Assembly (NCBI RefSeq): GCF_964204645.1
Contig: NC_134026.1
Span: forward strand, 13,266,050 to 13,330,049
Source of the DNA: Tubulanus polymorphus
Lineage: Eukaryota > Animalia > Nemertea
Length of the DNA stretch: 64,000 nt
Reading direction: 5' to 3'
Numbering within the stretch: the first letter of the stretch is position 1; each line of letters starts with the position of its first letter. Made by a program: the position numbers and the translations under genes. Shown one piece after another: positions 1 to 10,188 of the stretch. The notes under the pieces are model-generated. The model was not told the origin of the DNA. It did not search any database and saw only the letters and a program-made list of their open reading frames with translations.

Positions 1-3000
1 AAAGATGATAGTATAAATGGAACAAGTTATATTAAACTACCATTTAAAACTAATGCTGTAATAAATGTACAAAATTTTGATAATAAATGTTTTCTATGGG
101 CTATAATAAGTTGTTTACATCCTGCAACTTATAATATTTGTAGATTAACTCATTATAAACCATTTAAAAATAATTATAAGATAGATAAGTATCCTGTTAG
201 AATTAAAAATATTCCAAAAATAGAAAGAGATAATAATCTTAAAATAAATGATTTAATCAAATTACCAAATAAAAAAGGTAACAATATAAAACATTATACA
301 TTAGAACCTTTATACCTATCAAAAGATTATGATTCAAATAATGTTATAGATATACTATATTATGAAAATCATTATATGTGGATTAAACAAATCGATTTAT
401 TTTTCAAATCAGAAAATGATCACCATAAAATATATCTTTGTAGAAAATGTTTACATAGATTCAGTAATGAAAGTACGTTATTAAATCATAAACAATTATG
501 TGAAAATCATGATTATTGTAAATTAGTTTTACCAAATGAAAAAGATAAAATATTAGAATTCAAAAAATATGATTACAAAAATAAAGTACCATTTGTAATA
601 TATGGAGATTTTGAATCATTAAATAAAGAATTAACAGATAAAGATAGAAAAGAAATATATTATAAAAGAAAGAAATTAAATTCTAATGAAAGTGATTATT
701 CAGAAGAACCACTAAAAACAAATACTATTAAAAAGATTCATCAATCAGCTGCAGCTTTCGGGTTATATATTAAATCTAATTATCCAGAACTAATTAAAAG
801 TGAATATTATAATTATAGAAATGAAAATGTTATTAATCATTTTTGTGACTTATTAATTGAATATGAAATAAGATTTAGTAAATTATTGAATACAAATATA
901 GAAATTATAATGACAGAAGAAGATAAAGAAGAATTTGAGTTTGCAGATAAATGTTATTATTGTAATCAAGTATTCTATTCATCTGATAAAAAGGTAAGAG
1001 ATCATGATCATTTGAATGGAAAGTTTAGAGGCGCGGCGCATGAGAATTGTAACTTACAAGCTAAGAAAATCAATTTTGTTCCAGTAATATTTCATAATTT
1101 ATCAGGATATGATGCACATTTATTTATCAAACAGTTATGCTATAAAATAGAAGAAATCAATAATGAAATAGAAATATTAAATTCAAATAGATCAAAAGAT
1201 AAAATACCAACTTATAAATTTAGAATGTTAGCTAGAACATCTGAGAATTATATATCATTCCAATTTGGTTGTCTAAGATTTATAGATTCATATAGATTTT
1301 TAAATAGTTCATTAAATAACTTATCAAAATCATTAGTTGATGATGAATTAAAGATATTAAAAGAATGTTACCCAAATAATGATGATTTTAAATTAATGAG
1401 ATATAAAGGAGCAATTCCATATTCTTTCTATAAAATTCATAATGATTTTAACATAACTGAATTATTGAAAGAACAATTTTATGATGAATTAAAAAATGAA
1501 TATGTTAAAGATGAAGTCTATAATAGAACATTGAATATTTGGAATCATTTCAAAATAGAAAATCATGGGCAATTAGTAGATTTATATTTAAAATCAGATG
1601 TATTATTATTAACCGATATATTCGAAAGGTTTAGAGATGTAAACCTAAAATATTTCAATATTGATCCTTGTCATTGTTATTCATCGCCAGGATTAACATG
1701 GGATTGTGGATTAAAATTTACAGATATAAAAATGGATTTGTTAATCTTTATGGTTGGGCAATGATGGAACCACAACCTTATGGGATGTTTGAAATAACTG
1801 AAGTTTTACAAATTGATAAATTTGATTGGAAGAAAAGAATCCTAGATATTGCAGATGATTCAGATATTGGTTACTTCTTCGTTGTAGATTTAGAATACCC
1901 TGAAAATATTAAATTCAAATCTAGAAATCTAGCATATTGTCCCGAACATAAAATTGTTAAACATGAAGAATTATCAAATTATCAAAAAAGAATTAAACCC
2001 GATAATCATATTCATACAGAAAAGTTAATGGTAACTCAAGAAGATAAATATAATTACGTTGTGCATTATAGAATGTTAAAATTCTATTTGAATCAAGGAA
2101 TGATATTAAAAAAAGTACATAGATATATTTCATTCAGTCAATCTAAATGGTTAGAAAAATATATAGATTTTAATACTACACAGAGAACTAAATCTAAAAC
2201 TGATTTTGAAAAAGATTATTTTAAATTAATGAACAATGCGTTCTATGGTAAGACTTGTGAAAATATTAGAAATAGAAATGATATTGAGTTAGTTAGTAAT
2301 GGTAAAAGGATAAGGCATTTACAATCATATCCTAAGTTTATAGGTAACAGAATATTTGATGACAATTTAGCAGCAGTTAAGATGAGAAGAACTTCAATGA
2401 AATTTAATAAACCGATTTACGTTGGTGCTTCAGTTTTAGAATTATTAAAGTTATTAATGTATCAATTTTACTATAACGTATTACAACCTCATTTTGGAGA
2501 AAAGCATATAGAAATTTATAGAAACTATACTTTGATACCGACAGTTACATATTAAAGATAAAAACTAATAATATAACTGATGATTTAAAAACATTAAAAC
2601 ATCATTTTGATTTCAGTAACTATCCAAAAAATCATGAATTGTTTACCAATGATAATAAAAAAGTTCCTGGGAAGTTTAAGGATGAATTAGGTGGTGAAGA
2701 AATGATAGAGTTCATTGGTATTAGATCTAAAATGTATAGTTATAAAACTAAAACTCATGAAGCTAAAAAGTTAAAAGGAATTACCAAAAGCGTTGTTGAA
2801 AAGAATATTCATTTCAAAGATTACATCAATTGTATATTCAAAGAAGAAGTTAGAAAACAGAAGATGAGATGTTTAAGATCTGAAGATCATGAAATGTATA
2901 TTGAAGAGATAGAGAAGATAAGTCTAAACCCATTTGATGATAAAAGATATATTTTAGATGATGGAATCCACACAGTCGCCTATGGTTGCAATTTAGATGA

Positions 3001-3067
3001 ATATTTAAAATTCAAAAGAGAAGAAACAAAAGAAAATGAGATTATGAAAAGGATTCTAACGTGTTAA
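1..3067 (+). pseudogene. Protein-primed family B DNA polymerase (pPolB) with inserted endonuclease VII-like domain; disrupted
   Basis: Frame open 1-1764: ExoI YGDFES, endoVII-like CYYC...VRDHDHLNGKFRGAAHENCN, ExoII FHNLSGYD, ExoIII YLKSD. Jumps from KMDLL directly to NLYGWAM at ~1742 (motif A Asp region deleted, frameshift). Motif B KLMNNAFYGK. A ~10-bp tandem duplication (atagaaattt/atagaaacta, ~2508-2527) shifts frame before motif C YFDTDS; then KMY motif and stop at 3067. Confidence 0.93.
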
Positions 3068-3095
3068 TCAATTTCAATAAAAATTTGTATAATAA

Positions 3096-3437
3096 ATGGA
3101 GAGTAAACAAGTACACAGTGAATTCTTAGATAACATTAAAGATACTTCAAGCGTCAAATCTGTAGATTATAAATTTAAAAAACTAACTGAGTTAACAATT
3201 CACAAGAAGTATTTAATTACTAACATTGAAACAATTACTAATAAATATGGAGATAAATTAGTAATTCATTTAGAATATGAAGGATTAAAAGGAAATAAAT
3301 ATAAATTCAGAACTTATTTACCAGATAGATTTCATAGATTATCAAGTGAAGATCTAGAAGAATTATATTCTGGTGATTTCTATTTCATATATAAAGGTAA
3401 GAATGAAAAAGGGCACCATGAAATAGATTTCGAATAA
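3096..3437 (+). CDS. Conserved Polinton hypothetical protein, 113 aa (possibly OB-fold/ssDNA-binding)
   Basis: Intact ORF with TAAATG start; decayed homologues at ~22650-22958, 29077-29404, 35470-35770 and 47573-47927. Fold guess is inference from the beta-rich NKYGDKLVIHL...TYLPDRF pattern. Confidence 0.7.
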   Translation: MESKQVHSEFLDNIKDTSSVKSVDYKFKKLTELTIHKKYLITNIETITNKYGDKLVIHLEYEGLKGNKYKFRTYLPDRFHRLSSEDLEELYSGDFYFIYKGKNEKGHHEIDFE

Positions 3438-3454
3438 GAAAATATGTAAAATAA

Positions 3455-4216
3455 ATGGCGGAATTAAAAGAATACAGAATATTTATAGATTCTAGAAAAC
3501 TTACAAATTATAAATCACATAATTTACTAGTACAATTAGATAGAGAATTCAAGAATTGTGTAGATTTAAAATTAGTTAATATAGGTTTATGTAATTCTTT
3601 TTACAATATATCGAATAAAACTATTGAACATAGAGCTTTTTTAATTTTTAATAAAAATAAAAATGAATGGGTCTATATATATTTAAAACCGGGGTTATAT
3701 AATTTAGATACATTAGCACAAGAAATTAATAGAAAAGCCTGGCACAAATTAGGTAGTAGTTCTGGGTTTAGTATTAGATTTTTAAAAAGTGAGAGTTCTG
3801 ATAGAATAAAGATAAGGTTGTCTTATAGTGAAAAACATAAATTTATGGTAAAAAAACCTATAGCTAAACTGTTAGGAATTCTTCCAGATAGATATTTTAC
3901 AAATATTGACGCTACTACACCAAACTTAATACCTTACACACATTTTTATATTTATTGCAATTTAATCGATCCTACAAAAACATTCGAAGCAACTAAAGAT
4001 ATAACTTGTAATTCTGGTTTACTAAACATTTTACCATTGAAGAATGTTAAAGAATTTGGAACGCAAATAAATTATAATTTAACAGAATGTGATTTCAAAC
4101 CATGCATTCCTCGTTTTAATAATTTTAGATTAGAAATTAGAAATCATAATGGATACTTAATTGATTTAAATAATTTCCCCGTAATTTATGAATTAGTTAT
4201 AAGATGTAAAGAGTAA
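3455..4216 (+). CDS. Minor capsid protein (penton, single jelly-roll)
   Basis: 253 aa; N-terminal IFIDS, central FYIYCNLI and C-terminal FRLEIRNHNGYLIDLNNFPVIYELVI patterns typical of Polinton/virophage pentons. Confidence 0.75.
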   Translation: MAELKEYRIFIDSRKLTNYKSHNLLVQLDREFKNCVDLKLVNIGLCNSFYNISNKTIEHRAFLIFNKNKNEWVYIYLKPGLYNLDTLAQEINRKAWHKLGSSSGFSIRFLKSESSDRIKIRLSYSEKHKFMVKKPIAKLLGILPDRYFTNIDATTPNLIPYTHFYIYCNLIDPTKTFEATKDITCNSGLLNILPLKNVKEFGTQINYNLTECDFKPCIPRFNNFRLEIRNHNGYLIDLNNFPVIYELVIRCKE

Positions 4217-4232
4217 TTTTTCACTTATATAA

Positions 4233-4574
4233 ATGAATATAACTGTTGGACCGAGTATATGTTTTGGGTTTGATTTTAAACATGGTAAAGAAATGAGAAT
4301 TAAACTAAATGATGTAATTACTGATATAAAAAGTAAATCATTTAACAATGCATCAATGATTGATAAAGAAAATTATAATATAGAAAAAGTAATTGATTTA
4401 ATTAAATCACCTTTAGAATATTATGAATTAAATGAAGATGGAATTATTGATGATATTAAAAACATATTAACCAAAATATATGATAATCATATAAGTAGTA
4501 ATGAAATAAATGTTGAATTAATCATAAATAAGATAACTAAATATTTTGATGATAGTAATTTTTTTGATAAATAA
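4233..4574 (+). CDS. Polinton hypothetical protein, 113 aa
   Basis: Intact ORF with TAAATG start; decayed homologue at ~30129-30445. Confidence 0.6.
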   Translation: MNITVGPSICFGFDFKHGKEMRIKLNDVITDIKSKSFNNASMIDKENYNIEKVIDLIKSPLEYYELNEDGIIDDIKNILTKIYDNHISSNEINVELIINKITKYFDDSNFFDK

Positions 4575-4796
4575 ATGAGTGATAATAAGTGGATAATAAC
4601 TGGATTATATAATGGCGCATTACTATCAGTTGGAACGGTTGGTTATTCAATGGTATTAAAAAAAGTATTCAAAATGGGAAGTGTTAATGTTGATAGATTT
4701 GATATCAATGATATCTTAAAATTAACATTAGCACTTACTTTATCTAATTTAACTATTGATTATTTGGAAAAACAAAAATATATTCCTCCCATATAA
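4575..4796 (+). CDS. Small hydrophobic/amphipathic Polinton protein, 73 aa
   Basis: Intact ORF; upstream stop TAA abuts its ATG; two hydrophobic stretches; homologue at ~30450-30660. Confidence 0.6.
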   Translation: MSDNKWIITGLYNGALLSVGTVGYSMVLKKVFKMGSVNVDRFDINDILKLTLALTLSNLTIDYLEKQKYIPPI

Positions 4797-4820
4797 ATGC
4801 TTAATTTTTTTGCTAAATAA

Positions 4821-5243
4821 ATGGCTTCTGCAATTATAACTATTATAGGATCGGCAATTGTTAACGCTTTAGCATTTACTGGTGGCGGTTATTTATTTAA
4901 ACATATTGATAAAAATAGTTCATTAGGAGAACAAAGAAGACATAATTTAGCGTTAGAGAAATATAATAAAGCTGCAGAAGAATATAGAGAAAAGAGACAA
5001 AACTATATGGATTACATCAATAAAGAATTATATGATCAGAAGATTTCACACAGAGATTTTCAATCAGTTGATGATGCAATGAGTTTATATAACGCAGTAA
5101 CAAATAAAGAAAAATTACATCTATACAAACCTAAATTATCAGATTATTATACCCCAAGTAAAGAACAACAGAAATATGAAATAATATGGATTTTAGGTGG
5201 AACAGTTATTGTTATATTTGTTGCTTATAAATTTACTAATTAG
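4821..5243 (+). CDS. Predicted membrane-associated Polinton protein, 140 aa
   Basis: Hydrophobic Gly/Ala N-terminus (MASAIITIIGSAIVNALAFTGGG), coiled-coil-like middle, C-terminal TM (IIWILGGTVIVIFVAY); homologue at ~30685-31090. Confidence 0.65.
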   Translation: MASAIITIIGSAIVNALAFTGGGYLFKHIDKNSSLGEQRRHNLALEKYNKAAEEYREKRQNYMDYINKELYDQKISHRDFQSVDDAMSLYNAVTNKEKLHLYKPKLSDYYTPSKEQQKYEIIWILGGTVIVIFVAYKFTN

Positions 5244-5262
5244 TAATTTTTTTTCTAAATAA

Positions 5263-5697
5263 ATGGAAGATAAAGTTGATAGTATTGATATTATTCCTCA
5301 TGATATAAATAAAACTAAATTAAAAACATATTTAGAAAAACAAATATTAGAATTTGAAAGTGACTTAAAGATAAAAAAGAAAAAATATTTAAAAAGTAAA
5401 ATTATATATTATTTGATTATAAGTGGTTCGGTTACAATTAGTTCTGTAATAACATTTCTAGCAATATTCAGCCCATTAACACCTTTAGCTATATCAATTG
5501 GTGTATTAGGATTAAGTTCAAGTGTTTTAACTGGTATAAAGTCAAAATTAAATATAAAAAGTAATAAAGAAAAAATTAAAACTAATATAAAAGAAATTAA
5601 TAAATTAAAGAACACACTAGATTATATAATAAGTTTAAATGGTCATATAACAGTTGAAGAACAAGATATATTATTAAAAGAATTAATAAATTATTAA
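5263..5697 (+). CDS. Predicted two-TM Polinton protein, 144 aa
   Basis: Two adjacent hydrophobic helices flanked by Lys-rich coiled regions; TAAATG start. Confidence 0.62.
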   Translation: MEDKVDSIDIIPHDINKTKLKTYLEKQILEFESDLKIKKKKYLKSKIIYYLIISGSVTISSVITFLAIFSPLTPLAISIGVLGLSSSVLTGIKSKLNIKSNKEKIKTNIKEINKLKNTLDYIISLNGHITVEEQDILLKELINY

Positions 5698-5713
5698 TTT
5701 TTTAATTATATAA

Positions 5714-6412
5714 ATGGTAGATAGTTTTCCAAAAGCTTTCCAATATAATAAATCAATTAAATATTATATTCCAACAATAGATTTTAATAAAGATATTACA
5801 TATAGAAATGAAGTTTTAGATTCATTAACTAATTTAGAAATTTATGTTACTGAAACTAATAATTTTAATGCAAAGATGGAAAATATATTTCATGTATATT
5901 TAATTAATTTTAAAAAATTGAAAGATGAAAAACAATGGTTATTAAAATCTAATATGAAGTATTGGCAGAATCAATTAAATTTTGCTGTTTATTGTGCAAC
6001 AACAGGTTGTGGAATTAGTTGGAATGATCATTTGAATAATTCTAAATATAAATTAATTCAAAGTTTATTTAGATTTCATACATACTTTCAAATCAGAATA
6101 ATATTAAATGAATTAGAGTGCGCTTTACCAGGATCTAGGTATTTCAAAGAATTAGATAATAATATTAATTTATCAAAGTTTTATAAAATTTGTAATGAAT
6201 TTAATATAGATATAAATAATTCTGATTTTAGAACAAAAATTGGAACAATAAGATCACTTCCTTGCCCTAAAAAGATTGCAGAATATTGTGCACTTCCCAT
6301 ACCATCTAATAGTTTTTATAATATCTATAATAATAAATTAGGTTATGGTAAAATAGAAACAAAGGATTTAGAAACATTAAATTTCAATAAATTATTATGT
6401 AAATGGATGTAG
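5714..6412 (+). CDS. Polinton hypothetical protein, 232 aa
   Basis: Intact ORF with a distinctive WQNQLNFAVYCATTGCGIS block; TAAATG start; function not recognised. Confidence 0.65.
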   Translation: MVDSFPKAFQYNKSIKYYIPTIDFNKDITYRNEVLDSLTNLEIYVTETNNFNAKMENIFHVYLINFKKLKDEKQWLLKSNMKYWQNQLNFAVYCATTGCGISWNDHLNNSKYKLIQSLFRFHTYFQIRIILNELECALPGSRYFKELDNNINLSKFYKICNEFNIDINNSDFRTKIGTIRSLPCPKKIAEYCALPIPSNSFYNIYNNKLGYGKIETKDLETLNFNKLLCKWM

Positions 6413-7872
6413 AAGGTGGAGAAGATTATGAAATGGGAGAAATGGGAAATAATAATGAAGGATATATTGATAATGAACCACAACCTAATTTTAATGAAAC
6501 TAATATTGATAATGATGATGAATCAGCATATAATTCTAATTTAGCAGATAGTGGTTCTAAAGCCCCATCAACAGATGAATTTGATAGAAGAACTAGATCG
6601 AGAATAAATCCTGAAAATTTAAATCAAGGTTTATCAAGACAAGATTTAGAATATAATAAAATAATTTATAAATTCAAACCTGTATTTGAAGAATCTGGAT
6701 ATAATATAAATGACAGAGGCGCCAGATTTTTAGTAGAAAATTTAAAACTTTTTAAAGGTAAATATTATTATCATTTGGATGGTGATTATTATATTGATAT
6801 CACTAATCAAAGGACAAGACTAACTAAAATATTAGCGGAATCAACTTTGCTTAAGTTAGAACTAGATAGAATAAAGAGAATAAGTAATAGTAATGAAATA
6901 ACTGATGTTACACAAGAAGAAAGAGATGATAATATAAGAGTATTTAGTCAAAGAATTGATGACTTATTTGAAATAATCAATGATAATTTAGAAACAGAAA
7001 CAACTTCTGAACAGAATATAACTTCCAAAACTAGTAAACTTAAATCGAATAAAGTTCCAATTGAAAAACTTTTACCGAATGGGTTACTTGATGCAACAGA
7101 TCAACAATTAGAAGATTTAAATATATTTTCTGACAAAGCAATTAGAGAAATTATTAGTATAAGACTTGCATCTGATAAAATTACACATGATAAAAGTATA
7201 AGAGATTTTAAAATTAGAACTTTAGAAAAAGAATTAACTGATAAAAATAAAGAAATAGAACAATTAAAGTCTGATTTAGATCATCAAGTAATTGATGAAA
7301 TAGAATATAGGCAAAAAGAATTACGTTTAGAAAAAGAAAAAGATGATTTAGAATATAACATAGAATTACAAAAAGAAGAAATTAAATTATTGTTAAAATC
7401 ATATGATTATAATATTAATAGATTAAAAGTTATTTTTAAAGATTTGTTGATTAAACCAAATTCTGAAATATCATTAAAAGACAGAATAAGATTATTATTT
7501 AAATTAGAAGGAATAACAATTCTTTCAATTCTAACAGCTGTAACTATGTTATTTACAACAATTGGTTTAGCAATATCAAATGCTTTGAAATCTACTCCTA
7601 CTCCCAATAAACCGGATAAACCTCCAGGCAATAATTCTATACAAGATAAAGTTAAGGATGGTTTAAAGAAATTGGCAAAATATTTATGGGAACTATCTAA
7701 AAAATCTGCTGCAGCATTACCAGGAGTTATTGCATCAATTGTTGGTTTTATATTGAAATCTGCAGGTAATATTCTTAACTTTGCTGCCGAACATATTATT
7801 TTATTTTTAATTACAGTTGTAAGTGCTATTATTTTTGGGTTAGTAAATATGATATCAAAAAATATCAAGTAA
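6403..7872 (+). CDS. Coiled-coil protein with C-terminal hydrophobic helices, 489 aa (possible membrane-active virion protein)
   Basis: Acidic N-terminus, long heptad-like segment, then ITILSILTAVTMLFTTIGLAI, ALPGVIASIVGFIL and IILFLITVVSAIIFGLV; directly upstream of the capsid gene. Confidence 0.68.
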   Translation: MDVEGGEDYEMGEMGNNNEGYIDNEPQPNFNETNIDNDDESAYNSNLADSGSKAPSTDEFDRRTRSRINPENLNQGLSRQDLEYNKIIYKFKPVFEESGYNINDRGARFLVENLKLFKGKYYYHLDGDYYIDITNQRTRLTKILAESTLLKLELDRIKRISNSNEITDVTQEERDDNIRVFSQRIDDLFEIINDNLETETTSEQNITSKTSKLKSNKVPIEKLLPNGLLDATDQQLEDLNIFSDKAIREIISIRLASDKITHDKSIRDFKIRTLEKELTDKNKEIEQLKSDLDHQVIDEIEYRQKELRLEKEKDDLEYNIELQKEEIKLLLKSYDYNINRLKVIFKDLLIKPNSEISLKDRIRLLFKLEGITILSILTAVTMLFTTIGLAISNALKSTPTPNKPDKPPGNNSIQDKVKDGLKKLAKYLWELSKKSAAALPGVIASIVGFILKSAGNILNFAAEHIILFLITVVSAIIFGLVNMISKNIK

Positions 7873-7911
7873 ACATGATAAAAAATAAATAATTAATTTT
7901 TTGTTAAATAA

Positions 7912-9159
7912 ATGAGTGGGAGTTATATCAATCCTTCTAAGAATCATAGAATATCTAATGCTATTAAAGCAGAAAGATCACATCATATAATTACTCATAA
8001 CCCTTCAAATATTAATCCCGATGAAACTTTATATGTGAGGATTCCTCGATTAACACAAAATACTTTTTATGTTCCAAATAGTATTTATTTATCAGCTGAT
8101 ATAAAAGTATCTGGCAATAATAATAATTATGTTGTTGATAATGTTGGAAGATATTTGATTAAAAAGTTAACAATAAAGATTGGTCCAGAAACAGTTTTCT
8201 CATTAGATGATTATAATTTATTTTCACATTATAAAGATTTATGGTTAACTAAAGAAAATAGAAATAATATGATATTTCAAGGAATTCAATCAGAAAACCA
8301 AAATAAATTAAGATCAGAAGCTAATAGCGCAATATTAACTAATGATGTAGATAAATTGATAAAAAGTATATATGGAAGCAAATATAAAATTCCATTAGAC
8401 TTTGAATTGATAAATAATAATGCACCTTTATATAAATACGCAATTCAAGAAGATATTATATTTGAGATAACATTTGCTCCTGTAAATGAAATTGTATTAT
8501 CTAGCGTTAATAAAGATATGAGTTATAAATTATCGAATATATGTTTAGAATATGATACAGTAACTGATGAAAATATTTCAAGTATAATTCAAACTAAATA
8601 TAATCAAGGGTTTTCATTATTATATGATTATATTGATAAATTTAAAACTGTAACTATTAATGCAAATGATGAAATAATTAATGAGAATATTAACTTTCCT
8701 AGAAGATCTATTAAAGGTATATTAATATTTTTTACCATTGGAACGTATACTAATGGCGCAATAAATGTTGACAATTATTATAATCCTGAAATATCAAAAG
8801 TAGAAATAACTATCGAAGGAATAGCAAATAAAATATTTTGTCAAGGAATGAGAATGATAGATCAATGGCCAGAAATTAGAAAACATTTTATGAATGAAAA
8901 AGTAAAATCATCTGAAAATTGTAACATTAATCAAATTGATTATTATACCGGTAATAAATATGCATTATGGTTAGATTTTAGAACAACTGAAGATAATTCA
9001 TTACATGGTTCTGGGAAAAAACTACAAAATACAAAAGATGGAATACAATTATTCATGAAAAAGAATAAAGGAATCAAAAAATTTAAAATGCATATTTATA
9101 TTATATCTGACGCGCAATTAAATATTGTAAATTCACAATTAGATAGTGTTATGTATTAA
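7912..9159 (+). CDS. Major capsid protein (double jelly-roll)
   Basis: 415 aa beta-rich ORF; size, position and motifs (LYVRIP...SIYLSADIKV...NVGRYLIKKLTIKIG...LSNICLEYD...ALWLDFRT) fit Polinton major capsid proteins. Confidence 0.8.
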   Translation: MSGSYINPSKNHRISNAIKAERSHHIITHNPSNINPDETLYVRIPRLTQNTFYVPNSIYLSADIKVSGNNNNYVVDNVGRYLIKKLTIKIGPETVFSLDDYNLFSHYKDLWLTKENRNNMIFQGIQSENQNKLRSEANSAILTNDVDKLIKSIYGSKYKIPLDFELINNNAPLYKYAIQEDIIFEITFAPVNEIVLSSVNKDMSYKLSNICLEYDTVTDENISSIIQTKYNQGFSLLYDYIDKFKTVTINANDEIINENINFPRRSIKGILIFFTIGTYTNGAINVDNYYNPEISKVEITIEGIANKIFCQGMRMIDQWPEIRKHFMNEKVKSSENCNINQIDYYTGNKYALWLDFRTTEDNSLHGSGKKLQNTKDGIQLFMKKNKGIKKFKMHIYIISDAQLNIVNSQLDSVMY

Positions 9160-9181
9160 AACAACAATCAAGCATTATTGT

Positions 9182-9220
9182 TTTAATACGTATTTAATAC
9201 ATATTTAATATGTATTAAAT
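9182..9220. repeat. 11-bp tandem repeat (TTTAATACRTA) forming a hairpin just after the capsid gene
   Basis: tttaatacgta/tttaatacata/tttaatatgta; 9193-9203 is the exact reverse complement of 9209-9219. Confidence 0.75.
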
Positions 9221-9264
9221 TGAAATATTTCAAATTTTAACTTTGATAAAAATTTATATAATAA

Positions 9265-10064
9265 ATGGAAGGAGGTAAAGTATATAAACATATTCCATAC
9301 ATCGATACACATGAAAATAATGATGGTTTATATTATGTAATACCTTGTAATATAGCTTTGATATTTGATCCTATTTTTAAAAATTATAAAACTAAACTAA
9401 TAGAAATCGATAATAATAAAAGTGATGTTGTTGATAATTTAATTAATGAAATTGATAATAATGTAATACCTACTACATCTGTAATACCTACTACCTCTGT
9501 AATACCTTCTACATCTAATAATGCAATAATATTGAATGTTGGTGAAAATAGAAATTATTGTGGATATTGTAATGGTGAATTTCAAACGCTCCATCAAATT
9601 GGAATAATCATATGAATACAAGTTCACATATTAATAATGTTATAAAAAGTGTTGGTATGAGAGAATTTATAGAACACCCATTTAATTATGTTACAAAGTT
9701 TGTTTTAAATAAAAAAGTAGATGGTAAAGATTTATATAAAGATTTATTAGGTGAATTTTTATCTAAGGAACCTAGTAATGATGAATTAGATTTATCTGCT
9801 GCTAAAAAAATATTAGAATCAAGCGTTGTAAATATAATATTAAGGTTAAACACTAAGAAAGGTGATAATGAAAATGGCGCCATATGGCACCCACATGGTG
9901 ATAATAAAGATTCTATGAAACTGAAATCAGAAAATGAAGATATAGTTGAGATGACTAATAATTATATCAATAAACCAATTATTGCGAATAAAGTGTTAGA
10001 GTCTGATGACGAAATAGAGTCTGATGATGAAAGTGATTCAGAAAGTAATTATCTAACACTCTAA
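9265..10064 (+). pseudogene. Zinc-finger protein split by a 1-nt frameshift (ORFs 9265-9615 and 9612-10064)
   Basis: Restoring one base at ~9580 joins CGYCNGEF to SNAPSNWNNHMNTSSH, a C-x2-C-x13-H-x5-H finger; also a VIP(T/S)TS x3 repeat and an acidic tail. Confidence 0.65.
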
Positions 10065-10131
10065 AGTAATAAAGGTTGAAAATTGTATAAAATAATAGTA
10101 AATAAAAAAGGGGGTTTTAAGTATTTATACA

Positions 10132-10175
10132 TCTAATACGTATTTAATACATATTTAATACGTATCTAATACATA
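10132..10175. repeat. Second array of the 11-bp T(T/C)TAATACRTA repeat where the + and - gene blocks converge
   Basis: tctaatacgta tttaatacata tttaatacgta tctaatacata, between the stop codons at 10064 and 10189. Confidence 0.75.
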
Positions 10176-10188
10176 GGTATACAAATAG

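Noticed and set aside
4800-5710. Poxvirus early terminator TTTTTNT after stop codons
   Set aside because: Matches at ~4805 and ~5247 but not ~5698; T-runs are better explained by fixed spacing to TAAATG.
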